Shown here: one piece after another, positions 29,725-42,577 of the stretch
Position numbering within the stretch: position 1 is the first letter of the stretch
Layout: each line of letters opens with the position of its first letter
Assembly: GCA_002897735.1 (NCBI GenBank)
Contig: BDTW01000021.1
Span: 2,293-66,292 of the forward strand
Origin: a bacterium BMS3Bbin13
Lineage (GTDB): Bacteria > Pseudomonadota > Gammaproteobacteria > 21-64-14
Reading direction: 5' to 3'
DNA: 64,000 nucleotides
The notes under the pieces: generated by a model
What the model saw: the letters and a program-made list of their open reading frames with translations, nothing else
Told to the model about the DNA's origin: nothing
The model's database searches: none
Program-made: the position numbers and the translations under genes

Positions 29725-32343
29725 TCAGTGACGACGGGCGGTTGACGCCCAGGCGGCCACGACCGGCGGATCGCCGACGCCATGCACGGCCTCCTCCAGG
29801 GACAGGATCGGCACCGCCAGGTATTCCCCCTGCACGAAATCGACTCCGCATTCCTTCAGCATGCGGAGGGTGGCGGCATTCTCCACGCACTCGGCGACCG
29901 TGCGCCGGCCCAGGGAGTGGGCGATGTCGTTCATCGATCGCACCATCGCCCAGTCGATCGGATCGTGCGCGATGTCCTGCACGAACGAGCCATCGATCTT
30001 GACCATGTCCACCGGCAAGTGCTTGAGGTGGGAGAAGGAACTGAATCCGGATCCAAAGTCGTCGAGCGCGAAGCGGCAACCGAGATTCTTGAGTTCGGCG
30101 ATAAAACGCCGCGCCGCCTCCAGATTGTGGATCGCTGAACGTTCGGTGATCTCGAAGATCAGGCAGCCGGGGTCCAGATGCAGGTCCTCCAGCGTTCCCT
30201 TGATGTACGGCAGGGCGAAGCGGTCCTCGAGAATGCCCGCCGAAAGATTGACGGAGAGCACCACCCGCTGCGCCGCCTCCCGAAGGGCGACCAGTTCCTC
30301 CAGGGCGCGGGTCAGGATCCAGACATCGATCTCATGCATGAAACCGAAACGCTCCGCGGTGGGCAGGAACGCATTGGGCGGGATGAGCGTACCGCCCGGG
30401 CCACGCAGGCGCACGAGCACCTCGAGACAGATCGGGCCGTGCGGCGCGCGCCGATTGAGTTCGGTCCACAACACCCCGGCACGCTCCGGGAGATGCGCGA
30501 TATCCACGGCCTCCATGGGCAGGATCGGCTGGTAGTGCAAAACGAAACGATCGTACTGCAGGGCCTCGCGCAGGCGGCTGTGCCAGCCGAGGTCCTGCTC
30601 CATGGCCTCCTTTTCCTTGCGCCCGTCCTCATAGAGGTGGATCTGGTTGCGTCCGGCGCGCTTGGCGACGTGACAGGCGATATCCGCGTTGGCCAGCACG
30701 TCGCCCGGAGACGGGCTGTTCTTATCCATCTCGGCGACGCCGATACTCGCGCAGACTCGATACTGCTTGTCGCCGTCCACGAAGCTGTAGCGGTCGAGCA
30801 GGTTGCGGAACTTGTCCGCTGCGTCGTGCACATGCCCGGGGGTGATATTGCGCAGGATGACGGCGAACTCGTCACCGCCCATGCGGCCCAGAAGGTCCGT
30901 CTCGCGCAGCAGGATGCGCAGTTGCTGGGCGACGGCGATCAGCAATTGGTCGCCGGCCGCGTGCCCGGCCGAATCGTTGATGTATTTGAACCGGTCCAGA
31001 TCGATGTACAACAACGCGCTGTGTTCGCCGCTGCGCTTCAGGCGCCGCACCTCCTGCCCGAGTTGTTCCTCGAAATAGCGGCGGTTGATCAGTTCGGTCA
31101 ACGGGTCGTGGGTGGCCTGCCAGCGCAACCGATCCTCGAGGATCCTGCGCTCCGAGATGTCGCTGAACGCGACCACCGAGCCCCGCCGGCGGCCCCCGAT
31201 GGTCAGCGGGCAGACGGTGCATTCCACCGGGATCGGTTTCGCGGCGCGGCTCCAGAAGACCGTCTCCCACGAGGTGACCTCTTCGTGCCCGCCGTAGGCG
31301 CGGGTGAGCGTACAGGCCTGCGCTTCGATCGCGGTGCCGTGTTCGTCGGCGTAGTGGAACAACGCGCGCGGTTCGCACCCCTCCAGGCGCTCGTCCTCCG
31401 GATAGCCGAGGATCTTCAGCGCGGCCGGATTGAGGAAGGTGATCCGCCCGGCCTCGTCGACGCCGTACACGCCCTCCCCCACGGAGCTGAGGATACCTTC
31501 CAGGCGCCGGCGCTCCGCCTCGATGGACCGCTGGAAACGGATTGCGCGCTCCATCGCGGCGATCCGGGCGAGGAACAGTTCGTCGGCCTCGTTCTTGAAC
31601 ATGCATTCCACGGCGCCGGCGTCCAGGCAGTCCCGGATCACCTGCTCGAGGTAGGTGCTGGTGATGATGGAACTCATGATGCCCCGGGTGCGCGCATTCT
31701 CGCGCAATTTCCGGCACAACACGTCGCCGGTCGCCTCCGGCATGTAGTAGTCGATGATCGCGATGTCGAACTTCGTGTGCAGGGCCTTTTCCATCCCCTC
31801 GCTCACGCCGGCCGCGGTATCGGTGCGATAGCCGTGCCGCTGCAGCAGACGCCGGAAGAAGCCGCGCACGCTCGGGGAATCGTCGACGAACAGGATCCGG
31901 ATGGAGTGCTCATCGACCGCGGACGACGGCGCGTCGTGCTCCTCCCGGACCCTGGGCGTGAGCAGCTTGCCCAGGGTCGGCACCGCCTCGGTGTAGTTGT
32001 CCCACAGCAGCAGGGCGGTGCCGGCGCGGTTGGATACCCATTCGCGCAACGTGGCACCGGAGTCATGGGCGAGGATCAGTACCGCCTGGCCCCGTCGCTC
32101 CGGGTCGTCCAGTACCGAGAGGAATTCATCGGCATGGGGATCGGTGCGCGTCGGCCACCCGACCACGATCCCGCTGTAGTCGGGATCCTCTCCCGCGCGC
32201 ACCAAGCGCTCGAGCGCCTGATCGTAGCCGCTCAACTGTTCGACCCGATACCCGTGGTCGCACAATCGCTTGCCCACGGCGTGGCGGAGCGTGGCGGAGC
32301 GCTCGATGAGAAGAATCCGTTGCAATTCGGTGGGGCCTCCCAA
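29725..32343 (-). CDS. REC-PAS-GGDEF-EAL c-di-GMP signalling protein
   Basis: ILFVDDS/IIDYYMP receiver, PAS, RETD I-site plus GGDEF, EVLVR and DDFGSGFSS. Confidence 0.93.
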   Translation of the reverse strand: MGGPTELQRILLIERSATLRHAVGKRLCDHGYRVEQLSGYDQALERLVRAGEDPDYSGIVVGWPTRTDPHADEFLSVLDDPERRGQAVLILAHDSGATLREWVSNRAGTALLLWDNYTEAVPTLGKLLTPRVREEHDAPSSAVDEHSIRILFVDDSPSVRGFFRRLLQRHGYRTDTAAGVSEGMEKALHTKFDIAIIDYYMPEATGDVLCRKLRENARTRGIMSSIITSTYLEQVIRDCLDAGAVECMFKNEADELFLARIAAMERAIRFQRSIEAERRRLEGILSSVGEGVYGVDEAGRITFLNPAALKILGYPEDERLEGCEPRALFHYADEHGTAIEAQACTLTRAYGGHEEVTSWETVFWSRAAKPIPVECTVCPLTIGGRRRGSVVAFSDISERRILEDRLRWQATHDPLTELINRRYFEEQLGQEVRRLKRSGEHSALLYIDLDRFKYINDSAGHAAGDQLLIAVAQQLRILLRETDLLGRMGGDEFAVILRNITPGHVHDAADKFRNLLDRYSFVDGDKQYRVCASIGVAEMDKNSPSPGDVLANADIACHVAKRAGRNQIHLYEDGRKEKEAMEQDLGWHSRLREALQYDRFVLHYQPILPMEAVDIAHLPERAGVLWTELNRRAPHGPICLEVLVRLRGPGGTLIPPNAFLPTAERFGFMHEIDVWILTRALEELVALREAAQRVVLSVNLSAGILEDRFALPYIKGTLEDLHLDPGCLIFEITERSAIHNLEAARRFIAELKNLGCRFALDDFGSGFSSFSHLKHLPVDMVKIDGSFVQDIAHDPIDWAMVRSMNDIAHSLGRRTVAECVENAATLRMLKECGVDFVQGEYLAVPILSLEEAVHGVGDPPVVAAWASTARRH

Positions 32344-32473
32344 CCGACCGGAACGCCTGCATGGCGCACTGGTTATCGTATCGGCCGGGGTATCGGGGCC
32401 CTTGAGCGGGTCCGGCGGCAGGGGACGGGGCGGGGACCCTGCGCATTCAGGCGGTTACCATCGGCGACGCCCC

Positions 32474-33244
32474 TCAGGGGGGGCGGTGCGCGGAGGGGCG
32501 TGCGAAGGCGGGGCGTGCAGATCGGCGTCGGCGCACCAGTACGAGGATCGCGAGCAGGACCCCGCCCAGTGCCAGTACCCCGACCGGGAACGGGATAGTC
32601 ACCATGCGCGCCTGCGTACGGAACCGCACCGTGGCGCCGGGACCGAGGCGCAGGCGCAGGCGGATGCCCAACTTCCGGCCGGCGGCGGTATCCGCGGGCG
32701 CCGGGCCGGAGCGCCCCGTGAAGGAGTGGAGGGGGATATCGATCACCCCGGACCCGGAGAGCCGCACCGGCGGGCGTAACGATGACGCCACCGGTGTGCC
32801 GTTCAGCAGCAGCGTGAATAGCGGGGCGCCACCCAGCGATGCGAGATCCGGATTTCCGGTGACGTCCCCGGTCGCACCGCTGACCCGGCCGGTCAATATA
32901 CCGGACAGTTCCGTCGGCGCGCGCGGCAGGGACAGGGCCAAGCCGAGGCGCACGGCCCGCGCGGTGGAAGCGCCGTTGTGCAGGCGCAGGTCGAGGCGGA
33001 CGATGGATTCGCGGTCCACGACCAGTTCGCCGCGGGAGTCACGACCGCCGGTTCCGCGATCGTCCCACCGGAAGATGCGCGCGCCGCCGGAACTCCGCCG
33101 TGGCGCCAGCGTCCATTCCACCGCCGGGGCGCCCTCCCATTTCAGGGTCAGGTGCAGCGAGTGACCCGGTGCCGCGGCGCCGGCCGATGCCGCCGCGGCG
33201 ACCCACACGGCCGCCGCCAGCAGCAGGTCCGTGCGCACCCCCAT
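32474..33244 (-). CDS. Exported protein with PEP-CTERM/VPLPA-like C-terminal sorting signal
   Basis: Signal peptide; tail TIPFPVGVLALGGVLLAILVLVRRRR. Confidence 0.65.
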   Translation of the reverse strand: MGVRTDLLLAAAVWVAAAASAGAAAPGHSLHLTLKWEGAPAVEWTLAPRRSSGGARIFRWDDRGTGGRDSRGELVVDRESIVRLDLRLHNGASTARAVRLGLALSLPRAPTELSGILTGRVSGATGDVTGNPDLASLGGAPLFTLLLNGTPVASSLRPPVRLSGSGVIDIPLHSFTGRSGPAPADTAAGRKLGIRLRLRLGPGATVRFRTQARMVTIPFPVGVLALGGVLLAILVLVRRRRSARPAFARPSAHRPP

Positions 33245-33335
33245 GGCTCGCCCCTCTCGCACCGGCCGGACATCCCGGCCACACCCGGGACGCCGGTCCC
33301 GGTCCGCCACCCATCCAGTGATATCCCAAGGCCAG

Positions 33336-33351
33336 TGCAAAAACCACGCCA
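33336..33351 (-). promoter_or_regulatory. Putative sigma54 promoter
   Basis: Minus strand TGGCGTGGTTTTTGCA (GG-N10-GC), about 90 nt upstream of ATG 33244. Confidence 0.65.
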
Positions 33352-33414
33352 CGACAGGTAATCGACTCTTTTTCGTACGAATTTCCGATTCGCTGTCAAG
33401 CGCGAAGTGCCGTT

Positions 33415-33553
33415 TGTAAAAAAAACCGACGGCTGAAAGCCGAAAATCACCTGCCCGGCGCACGCTTCGCGCACGCCATTGGGGACGATTCAACCAGGAC
33501 TCAAGCGCTTAATGAACAATCGATGACGCAACCCGTTGTAAGAATTTTCGACA
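33415..33553. promoter_or_regulatory. Two enhancer-like boxes (PEP-CTERM box-like)
   Basis: TGTAAAAAAAACCGACG (33415-33431) and TGTAAGAATTTTCGACA (33537-33553) upstream of the sigma54 site. Confidence 0.55.
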
Positions 33554-33735
33554 GACGCGCGAATATTCGATGCGGGCCCATAGAAGAAAAGACGCCGATT
33601 TGCCGCATTTCATTCCGCAACCGCGGGTGGCTGCGCGGGACTGGGGGAGGGGGAGAGGGGGGAGAGGGAACATCACCCGCCGGCATGCGGGGCGTGGCTA
33701 CGCCCGCATCTTCCCCGCGGCCGCGGGGAAGATGA

Positions 33736-35331
<1,596 letters not shown>

Positions 35332-35366
35332 ACGCGGGCGCGGCGCCGCCGGCGGCGCACCCCGCG

Positions 35367-36284
35367 ATGAGCGAACCGGCCGGCCGCTACGCGGTCTTCG
35401 GCAACCCGATCGCCCACAGCCGCTCGCCCTGGATCCACCGCCGCTTCGCCGAACAGACCGGGCGGCCCCTCCACTACGAGGCGATCCTCGCCCCGCGCGA
35501 GGGCTTCGCCGCCGCGCTCGACGCCTTTCAGGCCGCGGGCGGACGCGGCGCAAACGTCACCCTGCCGTTCAAGGAGGAAGCGTGGCGGCTGTGCGATGAG
35601 CGCACGGCACGCGCCGAGCGGGCGGGTGCGGTCAACACCCTGGTGTTGCGCGAGGACGGGTCGCGCCTCGGCGACAACACCGACGGCGTCGGGCTGGTAC
35701 GCGACCTCACCGTCAACCTGGGCCTCGCGCTCGCCGGCCGTCGCATCCTGCTGCTCGGTGCGGGCGGGGCGGCGCGCGGGGTCCTCGCTCCGCTGCTCGG
35801 GGAACGCCCGGCGGCGCTGCACATCGCCAACCGCACCGCCGCGAAGGCGCTGCGGCTCGCCGCCGAGGCGCACGGCCCGGGACCGGTCTCGGGCGGCGGC
35901 CTCGACCAACTGCCCGACCTCCCTTCCGGTCTCCTCAAGTTATTCCAGGGTTGGCCCGATTCAGGCGTCATCCTCGACCAACCGCCCGGCCCCCCTTTCG
36001 ATCTCCTCGTCAACGCCACCTCGGCCGGAATCGGCGGGACGCCGCCGGCGTTGCCCGACGGTCTGCTCGGGCCGGACGCGGTCTGCTACGACCTCGCCTA
36101 CGGCGCCGCGGCGCAGCCGTTCCTGCGCTGGGCGCGGGGCCAGGGGGCGCGCGTGACGAGCGACGGGACGGGCATGCTGGTCGAACAGGCGGCGGAATCG
36201 TTCGCGATATGGCACGGCGTGCGCCCGCACACCGCCGAAGTGATCGCGGCATTGCGCCGCGAACTCGCCGCCGGATCCGGCTGA
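35367..36284 (+). CDS. aroE: Shikimate dehydrogenase
   Basis: [44 protein letters not shown]. Confidence 0.95.
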   Translation: MSEPAGRYAVFGNPIAHSRSPWIHRRFAEQTGRPLHYEAILAPREGFAAALDAFQAAGGRGANVTLPFKEEAWRLCDERTARAERAGAVNTLVLREDGSRLGDNTDGVGLVRDLTVNLGLALAGRRILLLGAGGAARGVLAPLLGERPAALHIANRTAAKALRLAAEAHGPGPVSGGGLDQLPDLPSGLLKLFQGWPDSGVILDQPPGPPFDLLVNATSAGIGGTPPALPDGLLGPDAVCYDLAYGAAAQPFLRWARGQGARVTSDGTGMLVEQAAESFAIWHGVRPHTAEVIAALRRELAAGSG

Positions 36285-36318
36285 CGGCGCAGCGCGGACC
36301 GGCGGACCGGCGGCGCAT

Positions 36319-37674
36319 TCAACGCATGGTGACGAGTTCTTCGGCGCTGGTCGGATGAATCGCCACCGTGTCGTCGAAATCCGCCTTGGTGGCCCCCATC
36401 CGGATCGCCACGGCGAACCCCTGGAGCATCTCGTCGGCGCCGGGGCCGATGATGTGGCAACCCACGATCTTCTCGTGCGCACCGACCGTCACCAGCTTCA
36501 TGCACGCCTGGTGCCCGGCCTCCATGGGCGCGTAGTACATCGGTTTGAAGCAGCTCTGGTAGACCTTGACCGCGTCGCCGTGGGTGGCGCGCGCCTGTTC
36601 CTCGGTGAGCCCGACCGTGCCGATCGGCGGATGGCTGAAGACCGCCGTGGGGATATTCTCGTACGGGAGGCGGCGCTCGGGCCGCCCCCCGAAAAGGCGG
36701 TCGGCGAGCCGGCGTCCCGCGGCGATCGCGACCGGGGTGAGCGCGGCGCGTCCGGTGATATCCCCGAGCGCGTACACGCCGGGGACATTGGTGTTCTGGA
36801 AGTCGTCGACCGGAATGAAACCGTGCTCATCGAGTGCCACCCCGGCGACCTCGAGGCCGAGGCCCGCGCTGTTGGGCCGGCGCCCGATCGCCCAGATGAG
36901 TCGGTCGAGGCCCGGCAGGATCTCGCCCCCGGCGCATATCAGGTCGAGCGTCCCGTCCGTGGCGGCGCGGATCGAGGCGGCCTGCGATTTCGGCACCACG
37001 GTCACGCCGCTGTTGACCATCTCCTCCATCAACGTCTCGCGCAGCATCGCATCGAAGCTGCGCAGAAACTGCTCGTGACGCAGGAGCAACGTGACGTCGC
37101 TGCCGAGCGCATTGAGGATCCCCGCCAGCTCGACGGCGATGTAGCCCGCGCCCACCACCGCGACCCGCCGCGGCAACGACTCCATCTCGAAAAAGCCGTC
37201 CGAGGTGATTCCCAACTCCGCGCCCGGCAGATCGGGGACCACGGGCGCGCCGCCCGTGGCGATCACCACGTGCCCGGCGCGGTAGCGCTCGCCGCCGACC
37301 TCCACCGTATGCGAATCGACGAAGCGCGCAGCGCCCGCCAGCAGATCGATATCCGAGTCCGCGAGATAGGTCCGGTACCAGCCGTTGATCCCGTGCACAT
37401 ACTCGTCACGGCGCGCGCGCAGCGCGGCGAAGTCGCAGGCCGCAGGCGCCACGGCGAAGCCGTACGCGGGCGCGTCCGAGATGCAACGCGCGATCTCGGC
37501 GGCGAACCACATCACCTTCTTGGGTACACAGCCGCGGTTTACGCAGGTCCCGCCCAGTGCGCCGGGGTGGACCTCGGCGATGGCACAACGCGCGCCGTGC
37601 TCCGCGGCGCGCTGCGCCACCGACAGGCCCCCGCTGCCGGCGCCGATCGCCAGCAGGTCGTAAGTCTTCGTCAT
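36319..37674 (-). CDS. gorA: Glutathione reductase
   Basis: [34 protein letters not shown]. Confidence 0.96.
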   Translation of the reverse strand: MTKTYDLLAIGAGSGGLSVAQRAAEHGARCAIAEVHPGALGGTCVNRGCVPKKVMWFAAEIARCISDAPAYGFAVAPAACDFAALRARRDEYVHGINGWYRTYLADSDIDLLAGAARFVDSHTVEVGGERYRAGHVVIATGGAPVVPDLPGAELGITSDGFFEMESLPRRVAVVGAGYIAVELAGILNALGSDVTLLLRHEQFLRSFDAMLRETLMEEMVNSGVTVVPKSQAASIRAATDGTLDLICAGGEILPGLDRLIWAIGRRPNSAGLGLEVAGVALDEHGFIPVDDFQNTNVPGVYALGDITGRAALTPVAIAAGRRLADRLFGGRPERRLPYENIPTAVFSHPPIGTVGLTEEQARATHGDAVKVYQSCFKPMYYAPMEAGHQACMKLVTVGAHEKIVGCHIIGPGADEMLQGFAVAIRMGATKADFDDTVAIHPTSAEELVTMR

Positions 37675-37788
37675 AACTGAAATCCCCCGGTCGGTGAGTG
37701 TGCGGACCTTCCCGCGGCGGGCGGGCGCCGGCACCGACTATGGTAGATTATCCGTTTACGGGCAAACCGCGCGAGGACGAGACACCGG

Positions 37789-39843
37789 ATGGATCGATCG
37801 ACCGAGGAGAACCCCCTGCTGGAGACCGACTCCCTGCCGGCGTTCCCGCGCATCCACGCCGAGCACGTCGTCCCGGCCGTGGAACGGACCCTCGCCGAGA
37901 ACCGCGCGGCGCTGGCGCGACTGCTCGGATCCGCGGAGACGTTCTCGTTCGACGAGCTGGTGGCGCCGATGGAGGAGATGGACGACCGCCTCGACCGGGT
38001 CTGGGCCCCCGTCGCGCACCTCAACGCGGTGCTCGACGGCGAGGCACGGCGCGCGGCCTACCACGCCTGCCTGCCCAAGCTGAGCGACTACGCCACCGAG
38101 ATCGGACAGAACGAGGATCTCTACCGCGCCTACCGTGCACTCGCGCGGGCGCCGGACTCCGCGGACCGGGCGCCGGAGCGGAGCAAGATCGTCCGTGACG
38201 CCCTGCGCGACTTCCGCCTCTCGGGGATCGATCTGGATACGGCCGGGCGCGCGCGCTACCGCGAGTTGCAAACGGAACTCTCGCGCCTGAGCAGCCGCTT
38301 CCAGGACAATGTGCTCGACGCCACGCATGCCTGGAAGAAACCGATCACCGATGAGGCGCTGCTCGCGGGGCTGCCGGAATCGGCGCGCGCCCTGGCCGCC
38401 CAGGGCGCGCGCCGCGCGGGCGTTCAGGGCTGGTTGCTCACGCTGGAGTTCCCCTCCTATCAGCCCGTGCTGACCTACGCGGATCGGCGCGAGCTGCGTC
38501 GCGAGGTCTACGAGGCGAACATCACCCGCGCATCGGGGGCCGGCCCGCACGCGGGGCGCTGGGACAATACCGCGGGGATGGAGGGCATCCTGGCGCTGCG
38601 TCACGAGCTGGCGGTGCTGCTCGGCTTCGGCAACTACGCGGAGTACTCGCTGGCGACCAAGATGGCGGGCGACCCGCGCCGGGTCCTGGACTTCCTGGGC
38701 GATCTCGCCGCGCGCGCCGTACCGCGGGCGCGCGAGGAATTCGCCGAGCTGCGCGAATTCGCCCGCGAACGGCACGGCGCTACGGAGCTGGAGGCCTGGG
38801 ACGTCGCCTACTTCGCCGAGAAGCTGCGCAAGAGCCGCTACGACATCACCCAGGAGGAACTCAAACCCTATTTCCCCGAACCGCGCGTGTTCGCCGGGAT
38901 GTTCGATCTCGTGCAACGCCTCTACGGTATCCGCGTCCGCCAAGTCGACGGCGTCGACGTCTGGCACCCCGACGTACGCTTCTACGAGATCCGCGACGCC
39001 GACGAGCGCGTGCGCGGGCACTTCTACACGGACCTCTACGCGCGCCCGGGCAAGCGCGGCGGGGCGTGGATGGACGAGTGCCGCAACCGCAAACGCCTCG
39101 GCGGGGCCCTGCAGACACCGGTGGCGCACCTGGTGTGCAATTTCTCCCCCCCGGTGGGGGACGCGCCGGCCCTGTTCACCCACGAGGAGGTGCTCACACT
39201 GTTCCACGAGTTCGGGCACGGACTCCACCACATGCTCACGCTCGTCGACTACCCGAGTATCGCCGGGATCAACGGTGTGCCCTGGGACGCGGTGGAACTG
39301 CCGAGCCAGTTCATGGAGAACTGGTGCTGGGAACGCGCGGTGCTGGAGCGGATCTCCGGGCACTACCGCAGCGGCGAGCCGCTGCCCGAGGCGCTCTACC
39401 GGCGCATGCGCGCGGCGCGCAATTTCCACTCCGCGATGCACATCGCCCGCCAGCTCGAGTTCGCGTTGTTCGACTTCCACCTCCACCTGGACCACGACCC
39501 GCGGGCGGGCGGGCGCATCTACGAGACCCTGCGCCAAGTGCGCGAGCAGGTCGCCGTGGTCGCGGCGGCGCCGTTCAATCGCTTCGCGCATTCCTTCACA
39601 CACATCTTCTCGGGCGGCTACGCGGCCGGCTACTATGGTTACCTGTGGGCCGAGGTGCTCTCGGCGGACGCCTTCGCCGCCTTCGAGGAGCGCGGCGGGG
39701 TGGACCCGGAGACCGGGCGGCGGCTGCTCACGACCATCCTCGAACGCGGCGGCTCACGCGAACCCATGGAGCTGTTCCGCGAGTTCCGCGGCCGGGAGCC
39801 GACCATCGATGCGCTGCTGCGCCACACGGGGCTTGCGGCCTGA
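37789..39843 (+). CDS. prlC: Oligopeptidase A (M3)
   Basis: KRGGAWM, FHEFGHGLHH, WDAVELPSQ, GGYAAGYY. Confidence 0.95.
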   Translation: MDRSTEENPLLETDSLPAFPRIHAEHVVPAVERTLAENRAALARLLGSAETFSFDELVAPMEEMDDRLDRVWAPVAHLNAVLDGEARRAAYHACLPKLSDYATEIGQNEDLYRAYRALARAPDSADRAPERSKIVRDALRDFRLSGIDLDTAGRARYRELQTELSRLSSRFQDNVLDATHAWKKPITDEALLAGLPESARALAAQGARRAGVQGWLLTLEFPSYQPVLTYADRRELRREVYEANITRASGAGPHAGRWDNTAGMEGILALRHELAVLLGFGNYAEYSLATKMAGDPRRVLDFLGDLAARAVPRAREEFAELREFARERHGATELEAWDVAYFAEKLRKSRYDITQEELKPYFPEPRVFAGMFDLVQRLYGIRVRQVDGVDVWHPDVRFYEIRDADERVRGHFYTDLYARPGKRGGAWMDECRNRKRLGGALQTPVAHLVCNFSPPVGDAPALFTHEEVLTLFHEFGHGLHHMLTLVDYPSIAGINGVPWDAVELPSQFMENWCWERAVLERISGHYRSGEPLPEALYRRMRAARNFHSAMHIARQLEFALFDFHLHLDHDPRAGGRIYETLRQVREQVAVVAAAPFNRFAHSFTHIFSGGYAAGYYGYLWAEVLSADAFAAFEERGGVDPETGRRLLTTILERGGSREPMELFREFRGREPTIDALLRHTGLAA

Positions 39844-39880
39844 GTGCGCCGGGGCCGATCGCGGAGGAAACGACACCATC

Positions 39881-40648
39881 GTGAAGATCGCCTCCTGGAA
39901 CGTCAACTCGTTGCGCGTGCGCCTGCCGCACGTGCTGCGCTGGCTCGAGGCCGAGACCCCCGACCTGGTCGGTCTGCAGGAGACCAAGCTCCCGGACGAG
40001 CGCTTCCCGAGCGCCGAGTTCAAGGCGGCCGGCTATTATGCGATCCACTCCGGGCAGCCCACCTACAACGGGGTGGCCCTGCTCAGCCGCCGCCCGGCGG
40101 AGGATCCGGTCACCGATCTTCCGGGGGCGGGCGACCCGCAGCGGCGCGTGCTCGCCGCCTCCTGCGCCGGCGTGCGGATCTGGAACCTGTACGTGCCCAA
40201 CGGGCGGAGCGTGGACTCGGACCAATACGCCTACAAGCTGTCCTGGCTGGAGCGCCTCACCGGGACGCTGCGCGCGGAACTCGAACGCCACCCGCGCCTG
40301 GTGGTGCTCGGAGACTTCAATATCGCGCCGGAGGACCGCGACGTGTACGACCCGGAGCGCTGGCGCGACCGGGTGCTGTGTTCGGGGCCCGAGCGCGCCG
40401 CGTTCGCGGGGCTGCTCGCGCTCGGGCTGTGCGACACCTTCCGCCGGTTCGAGCAGCCGGAGGGCCGGTTCAGTTGGTGGGACTATCGCGCGGCGGCCTT
40501 CCGGCGCAACCACGGCCTGCGCATCGACCATATCCTGGCGAGCCCCGAACTGTGCCGTCGCTGCACCGCGGCGCGCATCGATCCGGCCCCGCGCGGCTGG
40601 GAGCGGCCCTCGGACCACGCCCCCGTGATCGCCGAATTCGAACCGTGA
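39881..40648 (+). CDS. xth: Exodeoxyribonuclease III
   Basis: GTG start [32 protein letters not shown]. Confidence 0.95.
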   Translation: MKIASWNVNSLRVRLPHVLRWLEAETPDLVGLQETKLPDERFPSAEFKAAGYYAIHSGQPTYNGVALLSRRPAEDPVTDLPGAGDPQRRVLAASCAGVRIWNLYVPNGRSVDSDQYAYKLSWLERLTGTLRAELERHPRLVVLGDFNIAPEDRDVYDPERWRDRVLCSGPERAAFAGLLALGLCDTFRRFEQPEGRFSWWDYRAAAFRRNHGLRIDHILASPELCRRCTAARIDPAPRGWERPSDHAPVIAEFEP

Positions 40649-40736
40649 GGCCGGCGCACGACTGACGGGACGGGCCGATTCCGATACAGTGCCGACCGAA
40701 GGCGGCCCACACTCCCCCCCCCAACCGGGACCGGTG

Positions 40737-42212
40737 ATGCGCTACAAGGACCTCAGGGACTTTATCGACGACCTGGAACGGCGCGGGGAGCTGCGCCGGA
40801 TCGGCGTGGAGGTCGACCCGCACCTGGAGATGACCGAGATCTGCGACCGCACGCTGCGCCGGGGCGGACCGGCGCTGCTGTTCGAGCGGCCGAAGGGCCA
40901 CTCGATCCCGGTGCTGGCCAATCTGTTCGGAACCCCGCAACGGGTCGCGCTCGGCATGGGACAGGATTCGGTCGCGGCGCTGCGCGAGGTCGGGCGGCTG
41001 CTCGCGGCACTCAAGGAGCCGGAAGCGCCGCGCGGGGTGCGCGAGGCCTGGCGACAGCTCCCGGTGTTCAAACAGGTGCTGAACATGGCGCCGCGGATGG
41101 TGCGCAACGCCCCCTGCCAATGCCACGTCATCGAGGGCGACGCCGTGGACCTCGGCGCGCTCCCGATCCAGACCTGCTGGCCGGAGGACGCCGGTCCGCT
41201 CATCACCTGGGCGCTGGTCGTGACACGCGGGCCGCGCCGCGAACGCCACAACCTCGGGATCTACCGCCAGCAGGTCATCGGCCGCAACCGGGTCATCATG
41301 CGCTGGCTGGCGCACCGCGGCGGGGCCCTGGACTACGCCGACTGGCAGGGAGCGCACCCGGGCGAACCGTTCCCGGTCGCCGTCGCGCTGGGCGCCGATC
41401 CGGCCACCATCCTCGGGGCGGTGACCCCGGTGCCGGACACGCTCTCGGAATACGCCTTCGCGGGCCTGCTGCGCGGCGCGCGCACCGAGCTGGTGAAGTG
41501 CCTCACCCACGACCTGCCGGTGCCGGCGAGCGCCGAGTTCGTGCTCGAGGGCTGGATCCACCCCGGCGACAGCGCCCCCGAGGGCCCGTTCGGCGACCAT
41601 ACCGGCTACTACAACGAAGTCGAGTCCTTCCCGGTATTCACCGTCGAGCGCATCACGCACCGCGACGCACCGATCTACCACAGCACCTACACCGGTCGGC
41701 CGCCCGACGAGCCGGCGATCCTCGGCATGGCGCTCAACGAGGTGTTCGTGCCGATCCTGCAAAAGCAGTTTCCGGAGATCACCGACTTCTATCTGCCGCC
41801 CGAGGGCTGCTCGTACCGGCTCGCCGTGGTGACGATCCGCAAGCAGTACCCGGGCCACGCCAAGCGCATCCTGTTCGGGATCTGGTCGTTCCTGCGTCAG
41901 TTCATGTACACCAAGTTCGTGATCGTCACCGACGAGGACGTGAACGCGCGCGACTGGAAAGACGTGATCTGGGCCATGACCACGCGCATGGACCCGGCGC
42001 GCGATACCGTCATCGTCGAGCACACACCGATCGACTATCTCGACTTCGCCTCGCCGGTCGCGGGTCTGGGCGGCAAGATCGGCTTCGATGCCACCCACAA
42101 GTGGCCGGGAGAAACGCAGCGCACATGGGGCCGGACGATTCACATGAGCGAGGAGGTGCGCCGTCGGGTGGACGAGGTCTGGTCCGCGCTCGGCATCTTC
42201 GACGACCCCTAG
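40737..42212 (+). CDS. ubiD: 4-hydroxy-3-polyprenylbenzoate decarboxylase
   Basis: [33 protein letters not shown]. Confidence 0.96.
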   Translation: MRYKDLRDFIDDLERRGELRRIGVEVDPHLEMTEICDRTLRRGGPALLFERPKGHSIPVLANLFGTPQRVALGMGQDSVAALREVGRLLAALKEPEAPRGVREAWRQLPVFKQVLNMAPRMVRNAPCQCHVIEGDAVDLGALPIQTCWPEDAGPLITWALVVTRGPRRERHNLGIYRQQVIGRNRVIMRWLAHRGGALDYADWQGAHPGEPFPVAVALGADPATILGAVTPVPDTLSEYAFAGLLRGARTELVKCLTHDLPVPASAEFVLEGWIHPGDSAPEGPFGDHTGYYNEVESFPVFTVERITHRDAPIYHSTYTGRPPDEPAILGMALNEVFVPILQKQFPEITDFYLPPEGCSYRLAVVTIRKQYPGHAKRILFGIWSFLRQFMYTKFVIVTDEDVNARDWKDVIWAMTTRMDPARDTVIVEHTPIDYLDFASPVAGLGGKIGFDATHKWPGETQRTWGRTIHMSEEVRRRVDEVWSALGIFDDP

Positions 42213-42372
42213 GAGCCCGTCGGACTTAGGCTTGTTCTACTGCGGCAATGGGAGATCGGTCCATTTTTCTGATCGTTTTCGTTAAATAGTGACCACTATT
42301 CGCCTCAAACGATTGGAAAACCGTCCTCGAGCGCCCACCGCCTCGCTACGAACGCCTAAGTCCAACAGGCTC
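42213..42372. mobile_element. MITE, about 160 bp, IS5-like ends
   Basis: TIRs GAGCCCGTCGGACTTAGGC / GCCTAAGTCCAACAGGCTC flanked by CTAG and TTAG; central hairpin AATAGTG-AC-CACTATT; partial copy at 22031. Confidence 0.8.
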
Positions 42373-42577
42373 TTAGTGCTTCGCCTCGAACGAGCGGGAA
42401 ACGGTCCCCGATCTCCCGCTCGTCCCGACGCGAACCTTCCAAATCCGACGGGCTCCGGCCCGGATGCGCGCGGGGCCGGTTTCAGCGCCGCGACCGCCCG
42501 GCCGACAACCCGGGCAGAGCCGCCTTCGTTGACGGACCCGGAGCGGGATCTGCGGCGGTCCAAGGGGGGCGGTAGGG

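Noticed and set aside
30178-32598. 806-aa plus-strand ORF and similar long ORFs (4457-5752, 33673-35553, 49985-52300)
   Set aside because: Antisense or off-frame shadows of well-supported genes, expected at high GC.
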